From Eledone cirrhosa (lineage: Eukaryota), in assembly GCA_964016885.1 (NCBI GenBank), contig OZ024741.1, positions 279,124,001-279,188,000 on the forward strand: a stretch of 64,000 nucleotides of DNA, read 5' to 3'. The position numbers and the translations under genes were made by a program. This document shows positions 1 through 11,626 of this stretch, one piece after another. The notes beneath the pieces were generated by a model, which was not told the DNA's origin, did no database searches, and saw nothing but the letters and a program-made list of their open reading frames with translations. Positions within the stretch are counted from its first letter, which is position 1; each line of letters begins with the position of its first letter.

Positions 1-199
1 GTTCTTGATGTTACTGTGGATTCTTTGTTCTCGTTTGTCTTCCCTAAGATCATCTTCTTCTGTCACCACGAGAACTTTCTCCAAATACCTTCGTTCGTAT
101 TATATTGGTCACGACAATAGCTAACTAACTACACACGTGTTTTCCTCCCCACCAAAAGATTTCACCATTTTCTTTCGTTTGGTACATTCGTCTATCTTT

Positions 200-335
200 C
201 TATTTCTTCTTCGATCGCTCATTCTATCTTCCGATGAAGGACTAACGTCTGAAACGTGAAGGCACTTTTCCTATTATATCAAAAGTTGAACTAATATATA
301 TCATCATTGCGCTGTGTCGTACTTTTGTGTTGTTT
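200..335 (+). mobile_element. Degenerate Penelope-like pLTR remnant with minimal hammerhead motif (~229-260)
   Basis: CTT-CCGATGA-AGGAC-TAAC-GTCT-GAAAC-GT-GAAG; homologous to 436-560 (inverted) and 32560-32650. Confidence 0.55.
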
Positions 336-435
336 TATATAAATACATATAAGTATAAATAAATATATATATATATATATGTATATATATGTATATATAT
401 GTATGTATGTATGTATACATGTATGTATGTATGTA

Positions 436-560
436 AAAGGTAAACAGAAATAACGACACAATCGGTACAGTATATGGAAAATATATTAGGTTAACGCTTG
501 AAATACTTAATGTTTTGGACGCTAGTCCTTCATCAGAAGAAAGAATGAGAAATTAGATAG
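436..560 (-). mobile_element. Second copy of the same pLTR family, inverted, HHR motif at 506-539
   Basis: Reverse complement CTT-CTGATGA-AGGAC-TAGC-GTCC-AAAA-CAT-TA-AG (GAAA mutated); aligns with 200-335. Confidence 0.55.
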
Positions 561-578
561 ATTGAAGGGACGGCCGGG

Positions 579-611
<33 letters not shown>

Positions 612-612
612 G

Positions 613-694
<82 letters not shown>

Positions 695-850
695 CGAGCT
701 GCTGTAGTTTCTGTCTACCAAATTCTACTCCAAAAGCATTGGTCAACCAACCTATGGTTATAGAAGAAAATATCTACTCAAAGTACCGCGCAATGGAACT
801 GAACCTAAAACCACATGATTCCATCATAACAACACAGCCATGCCTCCACT

Positions 851-899
<49 letters not shown>

Positions 900-1102
900 G
901 CGTGTGTGTGTGTGTGAGTATATATATATATATATGTTTGTGATGGAAAGGCAGTAGAAAGTGAAAGTAAAAGAGAATATATGCGGCTGATATTAAGATG
1001 AGAAAATAATGAGTTGTTTGTTTGCTGCGTATCTTTATATCTTCTATCCTCACCACTTCAACACATATCTCCAATTCTCATTTCTCTATACTCTATCACA
1101 CC

Positions 1103-1163
<61 letters not shown>

Positions 1164-2194
1164 GCTCGCTCTCTCCCTTATATATCGATCTAACTATCTA
1201 CGTATATATCTATCTAACTAGCTAGCTATCTGACTATTTATCTATCTATCGATTTACCAATCTATCTATTTGTCAATCTACCTACCTATATATCTCTATA
1301 TATTTATCAATCTATCTATGTGTCTGCATGCCTGTCTGTCTGTCAATATGTCTCACGTTTTTCTCACACTTCATGCTTGTTAGCAGTTCTGTAGTTTTCG
1401 TCATCAACTTGAAGGTGTGTGATAAACCCCACTAAATAGCGGCTGAACAAATACCGATCACGATTTATGCACACTTCTCCGTTGTAAGATAATCGTTTGG
1501 TTGGTTAACGGGCATCATATCCGGTTACTCTTAAGTCGGCCTATTCTCTTGAAGAGTGTGACGAGAAGACAGCAAACTGATTCAACGTCTAAACAAACCA
1601 GCGATGAGTGTCCACTCTGCGGTCAAACAATCTGTATTAAAGCAACCATGGACAGTTTTTGTTGAAGTTGTTGACCAACCAGAGTAAAACTTTTCTTCTT
1701 CCTTTTTTCTTTTTTGTTTAGTTATTTTTTTATATTTGTTTTGTTGGGGGAGGGGTTCATATTTTAGGGTTGGGATGAGAGTCAAAACTATCGATTTTTA
1801 CGTTGGCACACGACAACTAGAGTAGATGAAATATTATTGATGTTAAAACAAAGAACTGCCTGAGAATGAAATTTTATCACTTCTTTCATTTAATATTTCT
1901 TCCTATTTTTGTTTTCTATTTTTATCTGGTAATCCATTGTTCTTTTATTTTACTTTTATTTCCTTCTAGCAAAGGTACCTCGCAATGCGTAGCTATTGTA
2001 TGTGTATGTAAAGTAAGGACCTGCAAGTTCTGATGGAGTCGTAGGAGCTCGGCACTGACATACAGCGTATCTTGGGTAATATTAAACCTAGCGAAGCCCA
2101 TCTCCTCTCCAGACATAAATACAGCCGATTTCTTTAGAGAAGGAGAGATAGCGAGAAAGTGGTAGCGAGGAAGTAAGAGATGTAGAGGAAGAAT

Positions 2195-2340
2195 TTACTC
2201 CAGTACTGGACTGATACTTTTGTTATAGACCTCGAAAGGATTAGCAAAGTTGATCTCGGCGTGCTTTGAAATCAGAGAGCAGAGAGCCAGAACGAATACT
2301 GCAAAGTATTCTATCCGACCTTCTAACGACTCTGCCAATG
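2195..2340 (-). mobile_element. Diverged tRNA-derived SINE, family A
   Basis: Reverse complement matches the family A consensus (TTGGCAGAGTCGTTAGAAGGTCGG...TTCAAA...GCCGAGATCAACTTTG). Confidence 0.7.
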
Positions 2341-3182
2341 TTCCGTCTTGTGTTTTCTATAAGACTAAAACAGAAAAGTGTTTGAGAGAGAATTTGTAAG
2401 AGCTTTTGAAATGTTACGCTTAGAAGCTTCGTTTGATGGTTTGTTCATGCGTATATACATATGACAATATACATAGACAATAATAAAATGGATGGTTTTG
2501 TAGGTGTTTGTTTCGTTGTTTCTTTTTATCTGCCTTTCTGTGTAGTTTACTCCCTACCTTTTCAACAGATTTACTTAGCTTTATCGATAAGACCTTTAAT
2601 TCATGTCTTTCTCTTCCCCTTTCTATCCTCATTTCCCTCTCGTTTCCTTCTTTTAATTTCTCTCTCTTTTCCCTCTTTTATTTTTTTCCCTCTTCCCAAC
2701 ATTCGTGTTTAAACGAATTTTGAAACAGGATTTACCTTAGAACGAGATACAAGTAAAATCTATTGATGAAAGCTAAATACGAAACAAGAATCATAATCCA
2801 CTAAGTTGAGAAATGTATACAATATGGCGAAGATACTTAATAATTCCCCAAAGTGACTTCCACACATCCATCTGTTAATTTTCTCACCCATCAAAAAATT
2901 TTACATCCGGTTAAAGTTATTGCAACATGGTGGATTAGGCTTTGACACGCAACCTTCTATCGCGAATACTAAAGTCAAGGATTGTGGAGTTCTAATTTAA
3001 CTGAAAGTATGTGGAGCTGTTGGCTAAAAGTAGTAAACTCAATTTTGTGCCTCAAGTTAACTAGGGGCCAATCTGATTGTAGAGAAGTTGAAGAGACCAA
3101 CGATAGATAAGTACCCAGACTAGAATCTGGAATTAGCTGTCGAAACAGCAAGAGCTCGGCCGTCAGGCCCCGACTCTTTCGA

Positions 3183-3280
<98 letters not shown>

Positions 3281-3640
3281 GTGTGTGTGTGTGTGTGTGA
3301 GTGTTTGTGTGTGTGTGTATAAGTAGATTATCTAATGTGTTTTCCACTTTATTAGTGCGGTAATGCGGCGATTGGAGGGGCATTTAGCTGCTCTTTCTTG
3401 CAGCAGCAAATACCACCACCAAACCCATTACTTTTCCTGGTAATCAACCATTATTATCGATCTGACAGATCGATAATAATGGTTGATTTAAAAAAACTGG
3501 AAAACTATTTACATTTTATAGTTGTATATCTAACAAGGTTGCTATAACCCTAGGCACAACGGTATGTACGTTAGTCGAGAAACAGACACTAACTCATTTT
3601 ATTTATCATTTTTGAATATATATTTTTTGTTATATTTCAG

Positions 3641-3698
3641 ATATAAGCTTACCTAAAGAATGGGGAAGTGCTGTTAAAAGAGCCATGCAAAAGAAAGG
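3641..3698 (+). CDS. Candidate small exon of an unidentified host gene (..ISLPKEWGSAVKRAMQKKG..)
   Basis: Polypyrimidine acceptor ttttttgttatatttcAG, open frame, donor GG|GTAAAT; no homology recognised. Confidence 0.25.
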
Positions 3699-3812
3699 GT
3701 AAATACTGTTTCCTTATTTTTTCTTTGTTTTTATAACTTCTTAGAGGTTCTGTCACTTGGTTGATAGTTCAGACATCTTCGGGGATTTAAACTCCCTTTT
3801 ATTCCTTCCTAT

Positions 3813-3877
<65 letters not shown>

Positions 3878-4392
3878 CCTCTCTCTCTCTCTCTCTATCT
3901 ATCTCTCTATCTATCTATCTCTCTCTCTCTCTCTCACTCTCTCCCTCTCTCCCTCTATTTCTTTCTATCTCTTTCTCTCTTTCTCTCCCTCTATCTCTTT
4001 CTATCTCTTTCTCTCTCTATATATATATCTACCCATCTATTTCTTTCTCTGCCGCTCCCTCCCCTCTCTCTTCCCCTCTCTCTCTCCCTCTCTACCTCTC
4101 TCACTTTCTCCCCACCCCCTCTCTCTCTCTCGCGCTTTCTCCCTCTCTCTTTTTCTCTTTTTATTTCCCTCTCTCCCTCTCTCTCCACATACACACACAC
4201 GCACATAAGATAACACTACCTTTTCAATGATATTTTTCTTTATTTTATTCACTAGACTCCTCGAGCGGATTCTCCAGGCGAAGCTCAATGACCAGAGATC
4301 CAAACGATTCTTCAGCGATTGGTAATAGTCTCATGATTTGACAGCAACGAAATTCCGAAGATCAGAACTATCCCTATTGTTTTCTTTTCTCC

Positions 4393-4436
<44 letters not shown>

Positions 4437-4459
4437 AAATATATGAATATATGTATAAA

Positions 4460-4504
<45 letters not shown>

Positions 4505-4554
4505 CCTGATTGTGTAAATATACAACTTTATATATGTACATACTTTAAATATAT

Positions 4555-4629
<75 letters not shown>

Positions 4630-4645
4630 TTATATACATATATAC

Positions 4646-4695
<50 letters not shown>

Positions 4696-5007
4696 TACAT
4701 ATATGTATGTATATATATTATGTATACAAGTTATTTGAAAAGAAAACATACAAAAAAAAAGACAATAAAATTCTAAGAAAAAATCAACAAGAAATACTGT
4801 GACATTTTCTTTCACTCATGAATGACACTAAGTTTTTGATGGAAGAGTATACAGAACTTTAACGTGATATGAAACAGCTGTGTCAGCTGGAATACATCGA
4901 TAACAAAAAATAACCTTATGTAATATGTGTGTAATAAAGGCATAAGTTAATCTTCTAGACAGAGTTGAAACAATTATTTTTTATTCTTATTATTCAGACA
5001 CCATCAG

Positions 5008-5645
5008 GGCGGTGGATTGGCAGTATCGGTAGAGGGCCGGACGCCATGCTTTGCTGCATTAAGTTACGGCCCTTTATGATCTGAGTTCAAATCTCGCCGA
5101 GATAAACTTTGCCTTTTATCCTTACGGGGTCGATAAAATAAAGTACCAGTCACCAGTCACGCACTGGAGTCGATTTAATCGACTTTCCCCTCCCCCAAAA
5201 TTGCTGGCTTTGCATCTATATAAGAAACCATTATTCAGACACCAAGGGCGGTGGATTGGCAGTATCAGTAGAGGGTCGGGCGCCATGCTTTGCAGCATTG
5301 AGTTACGGCCCTTTGCGTTCTGAGTTCAAATCCCGACGAAGTTAACTTTGCCTTTCATCCTTACGGGGTCGATAAAATAAAGTACCAGTCACGCACTGGG
5401 GTCGATTTAATCGACTTTCCACGCCCCCAAAATTGCCGGCCTTGTGCCTATAGTAGAAACCATTATTCAGACACCATGGTTTGCAGCATAGAGTTATGGC
5501 CCTTTGCGTTCTGAGTTCAAATCCCGCAGAAGTTAGCTTTGCCTTTCATAAGTAAAATAAAGTACCAGTAACGCACTGAGGTCGATTTAATCAACTTTCC
5601 CCTCCCCAAAGATTGCTGGCCTTGTGTCTAAATCAAAAACAATTA
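5008..5645 (+). mobile_element. Three head-to-tail family A tRNA-SINE copies (third 5'-truncated)
   Basis: A-box-like TGGCAGTATCGG, B-box GAGTTCAAATC; each unit preceded by ATTATTCAGACACCA. Confidence 0.85.
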
Positions 5646-5692
5646 TTTTACACAACTGAAGTGGATTGGCAGATGGATGTTTTGCAATATTT

Positions 5693-5953
5693 AGTTGGTG
5701 GTGGTGGTGGTAGTGGTGGTGGTGGTGGTGGTGGTGATAGTGCTAGTGGTGGTGCTGGTGCTGGTGCTGGTAGTGCTGGTGCTGGTGGTGCTGGTGCTGG
5801 TGGTGGTACTGCTGGTAGTGGTGATGGTAGTGATGGTGGTGGTGGTGGTGGTGATGGTGGTAGTGCTGGTGGTGGTGGTGATGGTAGTGATGGTGGTGGT
5901 GGTGGTGATGGTGGTAGTGCTGGTGGTGATGGTGGTGGTGGTGGTGGTGGTGG
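5693..5953. repeat. (GGT)n-derived trinucleotide microsatellite
   Basis: Direct reading; poly-G/P/T/V/H ORFs are artefacts. Confidence 0.95.
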
Positions 5954-6253
5954 AGCCCATGACAACATCTAAAAATGTTATATATACGTCGTTGGCTTAT
6001 TATATAAACATTTGTAAAAAAAAAATTAGCAAATAAATCAACCAGTGACTTTGGCAGTAATTTATCCCCCCTACCCCGCCCCAACATATCAAATGCTGTC
6101 CGAGTAATTGTATTATGTAATCTCCATCATGTAAACATATATGTTCCCTACGTCATTGGTTTACAACATGTTTTATAAAGTTATGTCGATTAATATTGTT
6201 TATATAATACAAATGGTGGTGACGAATTGGCTGAGTCGCTAGAACGTGATATA

Positions 6254-6612
6254 CAGGGTAGGTGGAAGGAAACTTCTTATATAAAATTGTTAATAACTTT
6301 ATTAATTATTGGTTGATTTTCATAAAACATGTTTCATTTTGAACAGTATAATTGTAGAAGTGTTAAAATTCTACATAGGCACCAGTGGTGTCCACCAGAG
6401 TTTGTAATCATCTGGCTATATCCTTGACTGACTTTATCAGGAATTCAGGCAGAATGTTGGTCAGTATATAACGAATGCATTTCTACAATTGAGTCAGAGT
6501 TTCTTGCTGGCCATTTAGCCATCGACAACCCAGCCATCGTCCTGGAAATTGGACATCAAGCCACTCACGGACAGTATGTGCAAAATGAGGAGGGGACCCA
6601 TCTTGCATGAAT
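6254..6612 (-). mobile_element. Tc1/mariner transposase 3' remnant with terminal repeat
   Basis: TA|CAGGGT terminus; reverse strand reads FMQDGSPPHFAHTVREWLDVQFPGRWLG (QDGAPPH motif of Tc1/mariner DDD transposases), with stops. Confidence 0.75.
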
Positions 6613-7161
6613 ACGAAGTTGATAAAAAAAAGTAAGGGTCCAGTACTGGGGTGGATTCTTCATCAACATCTCTTTCTCATGTCTTCTTCTTCTTCTTCTT
6701 CTTCTTCTTCTTCTTCTTCTTCTTCTTCTTCTTCTCTGCTAGAAACCGGAGCTCTGTTCAGACCTGGAAAGGGAATATGCTCCACCAGGTTTAGAATTCA
6801 CGCTATATATCACTACGGCGCTCCCATGCCTCCAACAGGAGCTACGGGTCTATACATATACAAATCCCATGAAGACTCGCCCCCTCAACACTTATTAAGA
6901 TAGATGCTGTAGTAAGACAATGCACCATTTTTTTTTTTTTTGTACTCTGCAGATGATAAACAACTAGAAATATTCATGCAGGCGATACACCTGATTGATA
7001 CGCCTGAGAAATTATCACGTGATTCGAATGAGAAAATGTTATTTAGAAGACGTATATTGTGATAAATACCATCATTGGCTATGAAAAATGACATATCCAT
7101 ATATGAGAGGGTTAGAGCCTTCAGACACTGGAATTGATGCCGGTATTATGAAATACCAACA

Positions 7162-7567
7162 TAGGGCAGTGCATTGGCAGAGTCGTTAGGGCGTCGGATA
7201 AATACTTAGCAGTATTTGTTCCGGATCTTTATGTACTGAGTTCAAATCCCACCAAGGTTAACTGTATTTCATCCTTCATCAATCTACAAGATCCCAAGCC
7301 TCATTCGCTTCCCGCGTGAGGTGAAACTCGTCAAATCGGACCAAGGAAACAATGTTTCCATTGGTCTTTCCATTGTTCATACTATCTACCAGTCGTAATT
7401 CTTGGCAGAAAGAGCAATGTGAAATACAATTTCTTGCTCGAGGACATGGCGCATCCTCGAGGACATGGCGAACTCGTAATCTCGCGTTTGCGAATCCAAT
7501 TCCCTAACCACTTAGCCACGTGTCTTCGTTTTTTCGCGTACTGATCTTCTGCTTAAAGGAGAAATGA
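7162..7567. mobile_element. Composite SINE insertion: family A 5' part (+) plus family B copy (-)
   Basis: Flanked by 17-bp direct repeat ATTATGAAATACCAACA (7145-7161, 7568-7584). Confidence 0.65.
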
Positions 7568-7655
7568 TTATGAAATACCAACAGAAGAGAGGCGGCATAA
7601 ACATACGCCAGAAATTACAGAACGGGGATATTGTGAGTTATACCAAACTATAGTG

Positions 7656-7998
7656 CAAAGGTTCTCAAACCTTTTGGGTCACCGCCCCCTCACAGCCACG
7701 TAATACCCTCAGCGCACCCCAACCCTATTTCCAGAGAGACCTGCCTACATGCAAATTGTAAATAATATATAACAAATAAAATCGTTAATTTATATATAAT
7801 AAATAATATAATATATACTATGTATGAATAAATGTTATACATTTTTATTTTACTATATTTATATATAATATGTATCATTTGATATTTAATATACTATTAT
7901 ATCATCTCTACCGACCCCACTGCTCCATTAGGCTGCAGCTCCACCCTGGACCTTCAACGCCCCTCGGAAGGCAGTAGCGTTCACTTTGAGAACCTCTG
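7656..7998. mobile_element. hAT (Charlie-like) MITE
   Basis: TIRs CAAAGGTTCTCAAA / TTTGAGAACCTCTG and perfect 8-bp TSD CTATAGTG (7648-7655, 7999-8006). Confidence 0.9.
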
Positions 7999-8292
7999 CT
8001 ATAGTGATAGGGATAGCAAAGCTAAGTGGTCAGATATCAGACCTGCCAACCCCTAAAAACCCAAACCGGTGAGTACCATGAATAAAAGTGCCTCAAAACG
8101 GGGAGAAATGAGACAAAATGGAAAGATTTTACATAATGAAAGCTATACCCATTTTCACAAGAGAAGACATTTGTCACCCACCCCAAGGTGGGTGGGAGAT
8201 CTCCGCGTCGGACGGCGAGAGTTAAGATATTGTTAAGAACAACCATGAAAGGAAATGCCTCCTAATGAAAATAATAGTGCCAACAAATAATA

Positions 8293-8481
8293 ATTGTTTC
8301 TACTTTTGGCACAAGGCCAGCAATTATCTCAGTGTATTACTGGTACTTTATTTTATCGACCCTGTAAGGATGAAAGGCAAAGTTAACCTCGGCGGGATTT
8401 GAACTCAGATCATAAAGGACCGTAACTCTATGCTGCAAAGCATGGCGTCAGACCCTCTACCGATACTGCCAATCCACCGCC
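8293..8481 (-). mobile_element. Full-length family A tRNA-SINE
   Basis: Consensus match; flanking direct repeat CAACAAATAATAAT/CAACAAATGATAAT. Confidence 0.85.
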
Positions 8482-9150
8482 AACAAATGATAATAATAAT
8501 ACATCTCGAAAAGAAATAAATGAAATGAAAACAACGGATGCTGTAATATAATAGACGACCTACTGTGGTCAATATCATCTACTAACGCATTTGAAGGAGT
8601 TATTCCTACATGGCTTCAGTCCAATATCTGGGAGAAGTAAAAAAATAATTGAACTTGTTAGCAATGATTTCTGTATAACTAACATGAAGACAGCAACTCT
8701 CATAAGTATTTAAGCTAAGACAAACCTTCTAAATAGATTAGATAGAGAAGAAATAAGAAACCCATTGGTATAATGACACTGACCCAGTCCGGGAATAAAA
8801 TATTAGATACACTAATAAATACAGAGACACTTATAAATAGTGATACTCTTATAGATACAAAGACACTTATAGTTAGAGATACGCTAATAGATAGAAATTG
8901 AAATAACCAATAAGCAACCAATTAATGGAAGCTTTCAACATAATTTGATTGTGCTCCAGAGTTTACTTTAGAACACTTTTGGTTTCTGAAGAAATAGCAA
9001 TCATATATATATATATATACACTATAAACTATATATATGATACATATATATATATACTATGTACATATATATATATATATACTGTATATATATATTATAT
9101 ATTATATGTGTGTGTATATATATATAAACTATATATATATGTATATATAA

Positions 9151-9350
9151 GGCGTGTGGCTGAGTGGTTAGAGAATTGGATTCGCAATCGTAAGGTTGTG
9201 AGTTCGATTCCTGGACCAGGCGATGCGTTATGTCCTTGAGCAAGACACTTTATTTCACGTTGCTCCTTCTACCTGGAGTTGCGACCGATAGATAGTATTA
9301 GCAATTGGAAAGACCAACGGAAACATTGTTCCCTCGGTCCGATTTGACGA
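9151..9350 (+). mobile_element. tRNA-derived SINE, family B
   Basis: A box TGGCTGAGTGG, B box GAGTTCGATTCC, central TGTCCTTGAGCAAGACACTT domain. Confidence 0.85.
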
Positions 9351-9582
9351 AAGTCGATCGTTCCTTCCTTTAATATGTATATATTATATACATATATATA
9401 TATACACTATAAACTATATATACATATACTATATTTATAATATATAGCCCACTAAATATTAACACTTCGAATATTTAATACTGCCGGCACTAGTATCGAG
9501 CACCTTTGGCATACGCTACTTGGCAAATACCTATATGTATCACCTATCCTCCCCTTTTTTTCTCTCTCTCGATACGTAAATA

Positions 9583-9625
<43 letters not shown>

Positions 9626-9632
9626 GAAGTAC

Positions 9633-10462
9633 GCTAGCAACCGAAGTGCATAATAAAGTTATATCTGTATATATACAGAGTGGGTAACCGAGACTGCAAC
9701 TACATGTATATAAATATATACATTTTAATATGTAAGCATTTAAATATGCCAGAAAATACGAATTTCCTGCAAATTGAAAGAATGATAAGCACTTTTAATC
9801 GATTTTCGGCTCTTATTGGACACTCATCAGATCAACCACAAGGAGATATGTATTTGATAGGTATGTATACCCATTCACTCCCAATATTATTCCGAAATGG
9901 ACATTCTAATTTGCATATAATTATTGTTGGTAATTAATTAAGATACATATTAATACATGCGCTAGGAGCCGAAGTGTATAATGAAGTTATATCTGTATAA
10001 ATATGGTATGTGTAAACGTGACTCTAACAATGTATATATAAATATACACATGTTTAATATGTAGACTTGTAAACATGCAAAAAAAATACGAATTTCCCTG
10101 CAAATTGAAATAATTGTTTCTACTTTTGGCACAAGACCAGCCATGACCCCAGTGCATTACTGGTGCTTTATTTTGTCGACTCGTAAGGATGAAAGGAAAA
10201 ATTAACTTTGGGAGGATTTGAACTCAGTACGTAAAGAGCCATAACTCTATGCTACAAAGCATGGTGTTTGACGCTCTACCGATACTGCCAATCCAACGCT
10301 CTGCAAATTAAAATGATGATAAACACCTTCAATTGATTTCGGATCTAATTAAATCCTCATCAGAAAGTGTGTATATCTTCCAGTCAACCACAATGAAACA
10401 TGTATACATTACCTTCTGAAGATCCAATTAGATCCGAAAATCGATTGAAGGTGTTTATCATT
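9633..10462 (-). mobile_element. Two diverged ~328-bp tandem HHR-containing units plus an inverted fragment; family A SINE inserted at 10112-10300
   Basis: Unit starts at 9633 and 9961; HHR cores at 9790-9832(-), 10324-10369(-), 10411-10452(+); SINE TSD CTGCAAATTGAAAT/CTGCAAATTAAAAT. Confidence 0.65.
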
Positions 10463-10636
10463 ATAAATAGATAAAGGGATAATTATAAAGGGATAAAAAT
10501 AAATATCATTATAAATAGATAAAGGGATAATTATGTTTATATACTGAGTGATACATTGCTGCATCAGTAGATATACTGGTGTGTGTGTGTGTCATTGAGT
10601 GTGTGCGTGTGTGTGTGGTGTGCATGTGTGTGTGTC

Positions 10637-10699
<63 letters not shown>

Positions 10700-10809
10700 G
10701 CGTGTGTGTGTGTGTGCGTGTGCGTGTGTGTGTCACTGTGTGTGTGTGTGTGGAAACAACCCAGTGAATTTCGACACCATCTGATGTCATCAACTCCTCC
10801 TGGCAAATA

Positions 10810-11430
10810 TTTTCGAATATTAATAAAAACATTCGATTCGATTGCAATTTTCGCTCTACATGGCTCAGTCTGCTAATATACAAATCAGGCCGATCAGTCA
10901 CTGTGTATTTTTGAAAATAGCATATATTTTCACTAGGGTTCATTCTACTGACATGGCTATAAAATTGAGGCTTGTTTGCATAATTGCAAACGAATCGAAT
11001 GTTATTATTAATATTCGAAAAACTCAGATTACATTTATTGTATTCAGCCATGTAGAGCGAAAATTTTCTTTTTTATTTGAATTTGGCAAAGCCGGCCATT
11101 TATCGCTTCATATACAGGAAACTGACTGGCCAGTCTACTGATATGCAAATCTGGCTGATCAGTGGATCTGCTAATATGCAAATCAGGCCGAGCAGTCACT
11201 GTGTACTTTTGAAAATAGCATATATTTTCATTAGCTCTGACAGTTTGGCAGGTGAACAGTGAGCTGTACTGATGAAGGGTGATACCCAGAAACATTAGTG
11301 TCTACATGCCAACACAAGAGCAAGAATGAAGGGTTCATTCTACTGACATGGCTATAAAATTGAGGCTTGTCTGCATAATTGCAAACGAATCGAATATTAT
11401 TATTAATATTCGAAAAACTCAGATTACATT

Positions 11431-11434
<4 letters not shown>
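10810..11434 (+). mobile_element. Retrozyme-like non-coding tandem element, family F1 (395-bp unit)
   Basis: GGGTTCATTCTACTGAC repeats at 10936 and 11331; one HHR per complete unit; no ORF; other copies at 56558-57690. Confidence 0.7.
11261..11306 (+). ncRNA. Type I hammerhead ribozyme (F1)
   Basis: TGTA-CTGATGA-A-GGGT-GAT-ACCC-A-GAAA-CA-TTAG-TG-TC-TACA. Confidence 0.75.
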
Positions 11435-11469
<35 letters not shown>

Positions 11470-11472
<3 letters not shown>

Positions 11473-11590
11473 GATATATTAACAAATGGAAACTATATTT
11501 ATAAAACCATATTTATTTCATTATACATATTTCAAGGACACCGAGTTAAATTATGGTGCGCTTTCATAAGATAAAATATAATATAGATCA
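11470..11590 (-). mobile_element. pLTR fragment of the family at 58834-59185, with degenerate HHR
   Basis: Near-identical AAATGGAAACTATATTTATAAAACCATATTTATTTC; stem II CACC/GGTG here vs TACC/GGTA there. Confidence 0.65.
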
Positions 11591-11626
11591 TATAATATAG
11601 ACCAGTCTGATAAAATATAATATAGA

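Noticed and set aside
1384-1579. Imperfect terminal inverted repeats suggesting a MITE
   Set aside because: Weak match, no TSD, single copy in the window.
7559-7632. Candidate exon ending in GTGAGT
   Set aside because: Overlaps a 17-bp SINE target duplication, so its acceptor side derives from an insertion; unsupported.
9151-9225. tRNA genes
   Set aside because: A and B boxes present but no cloverleaf, and followed by SINE bodies; these are SINE heads.
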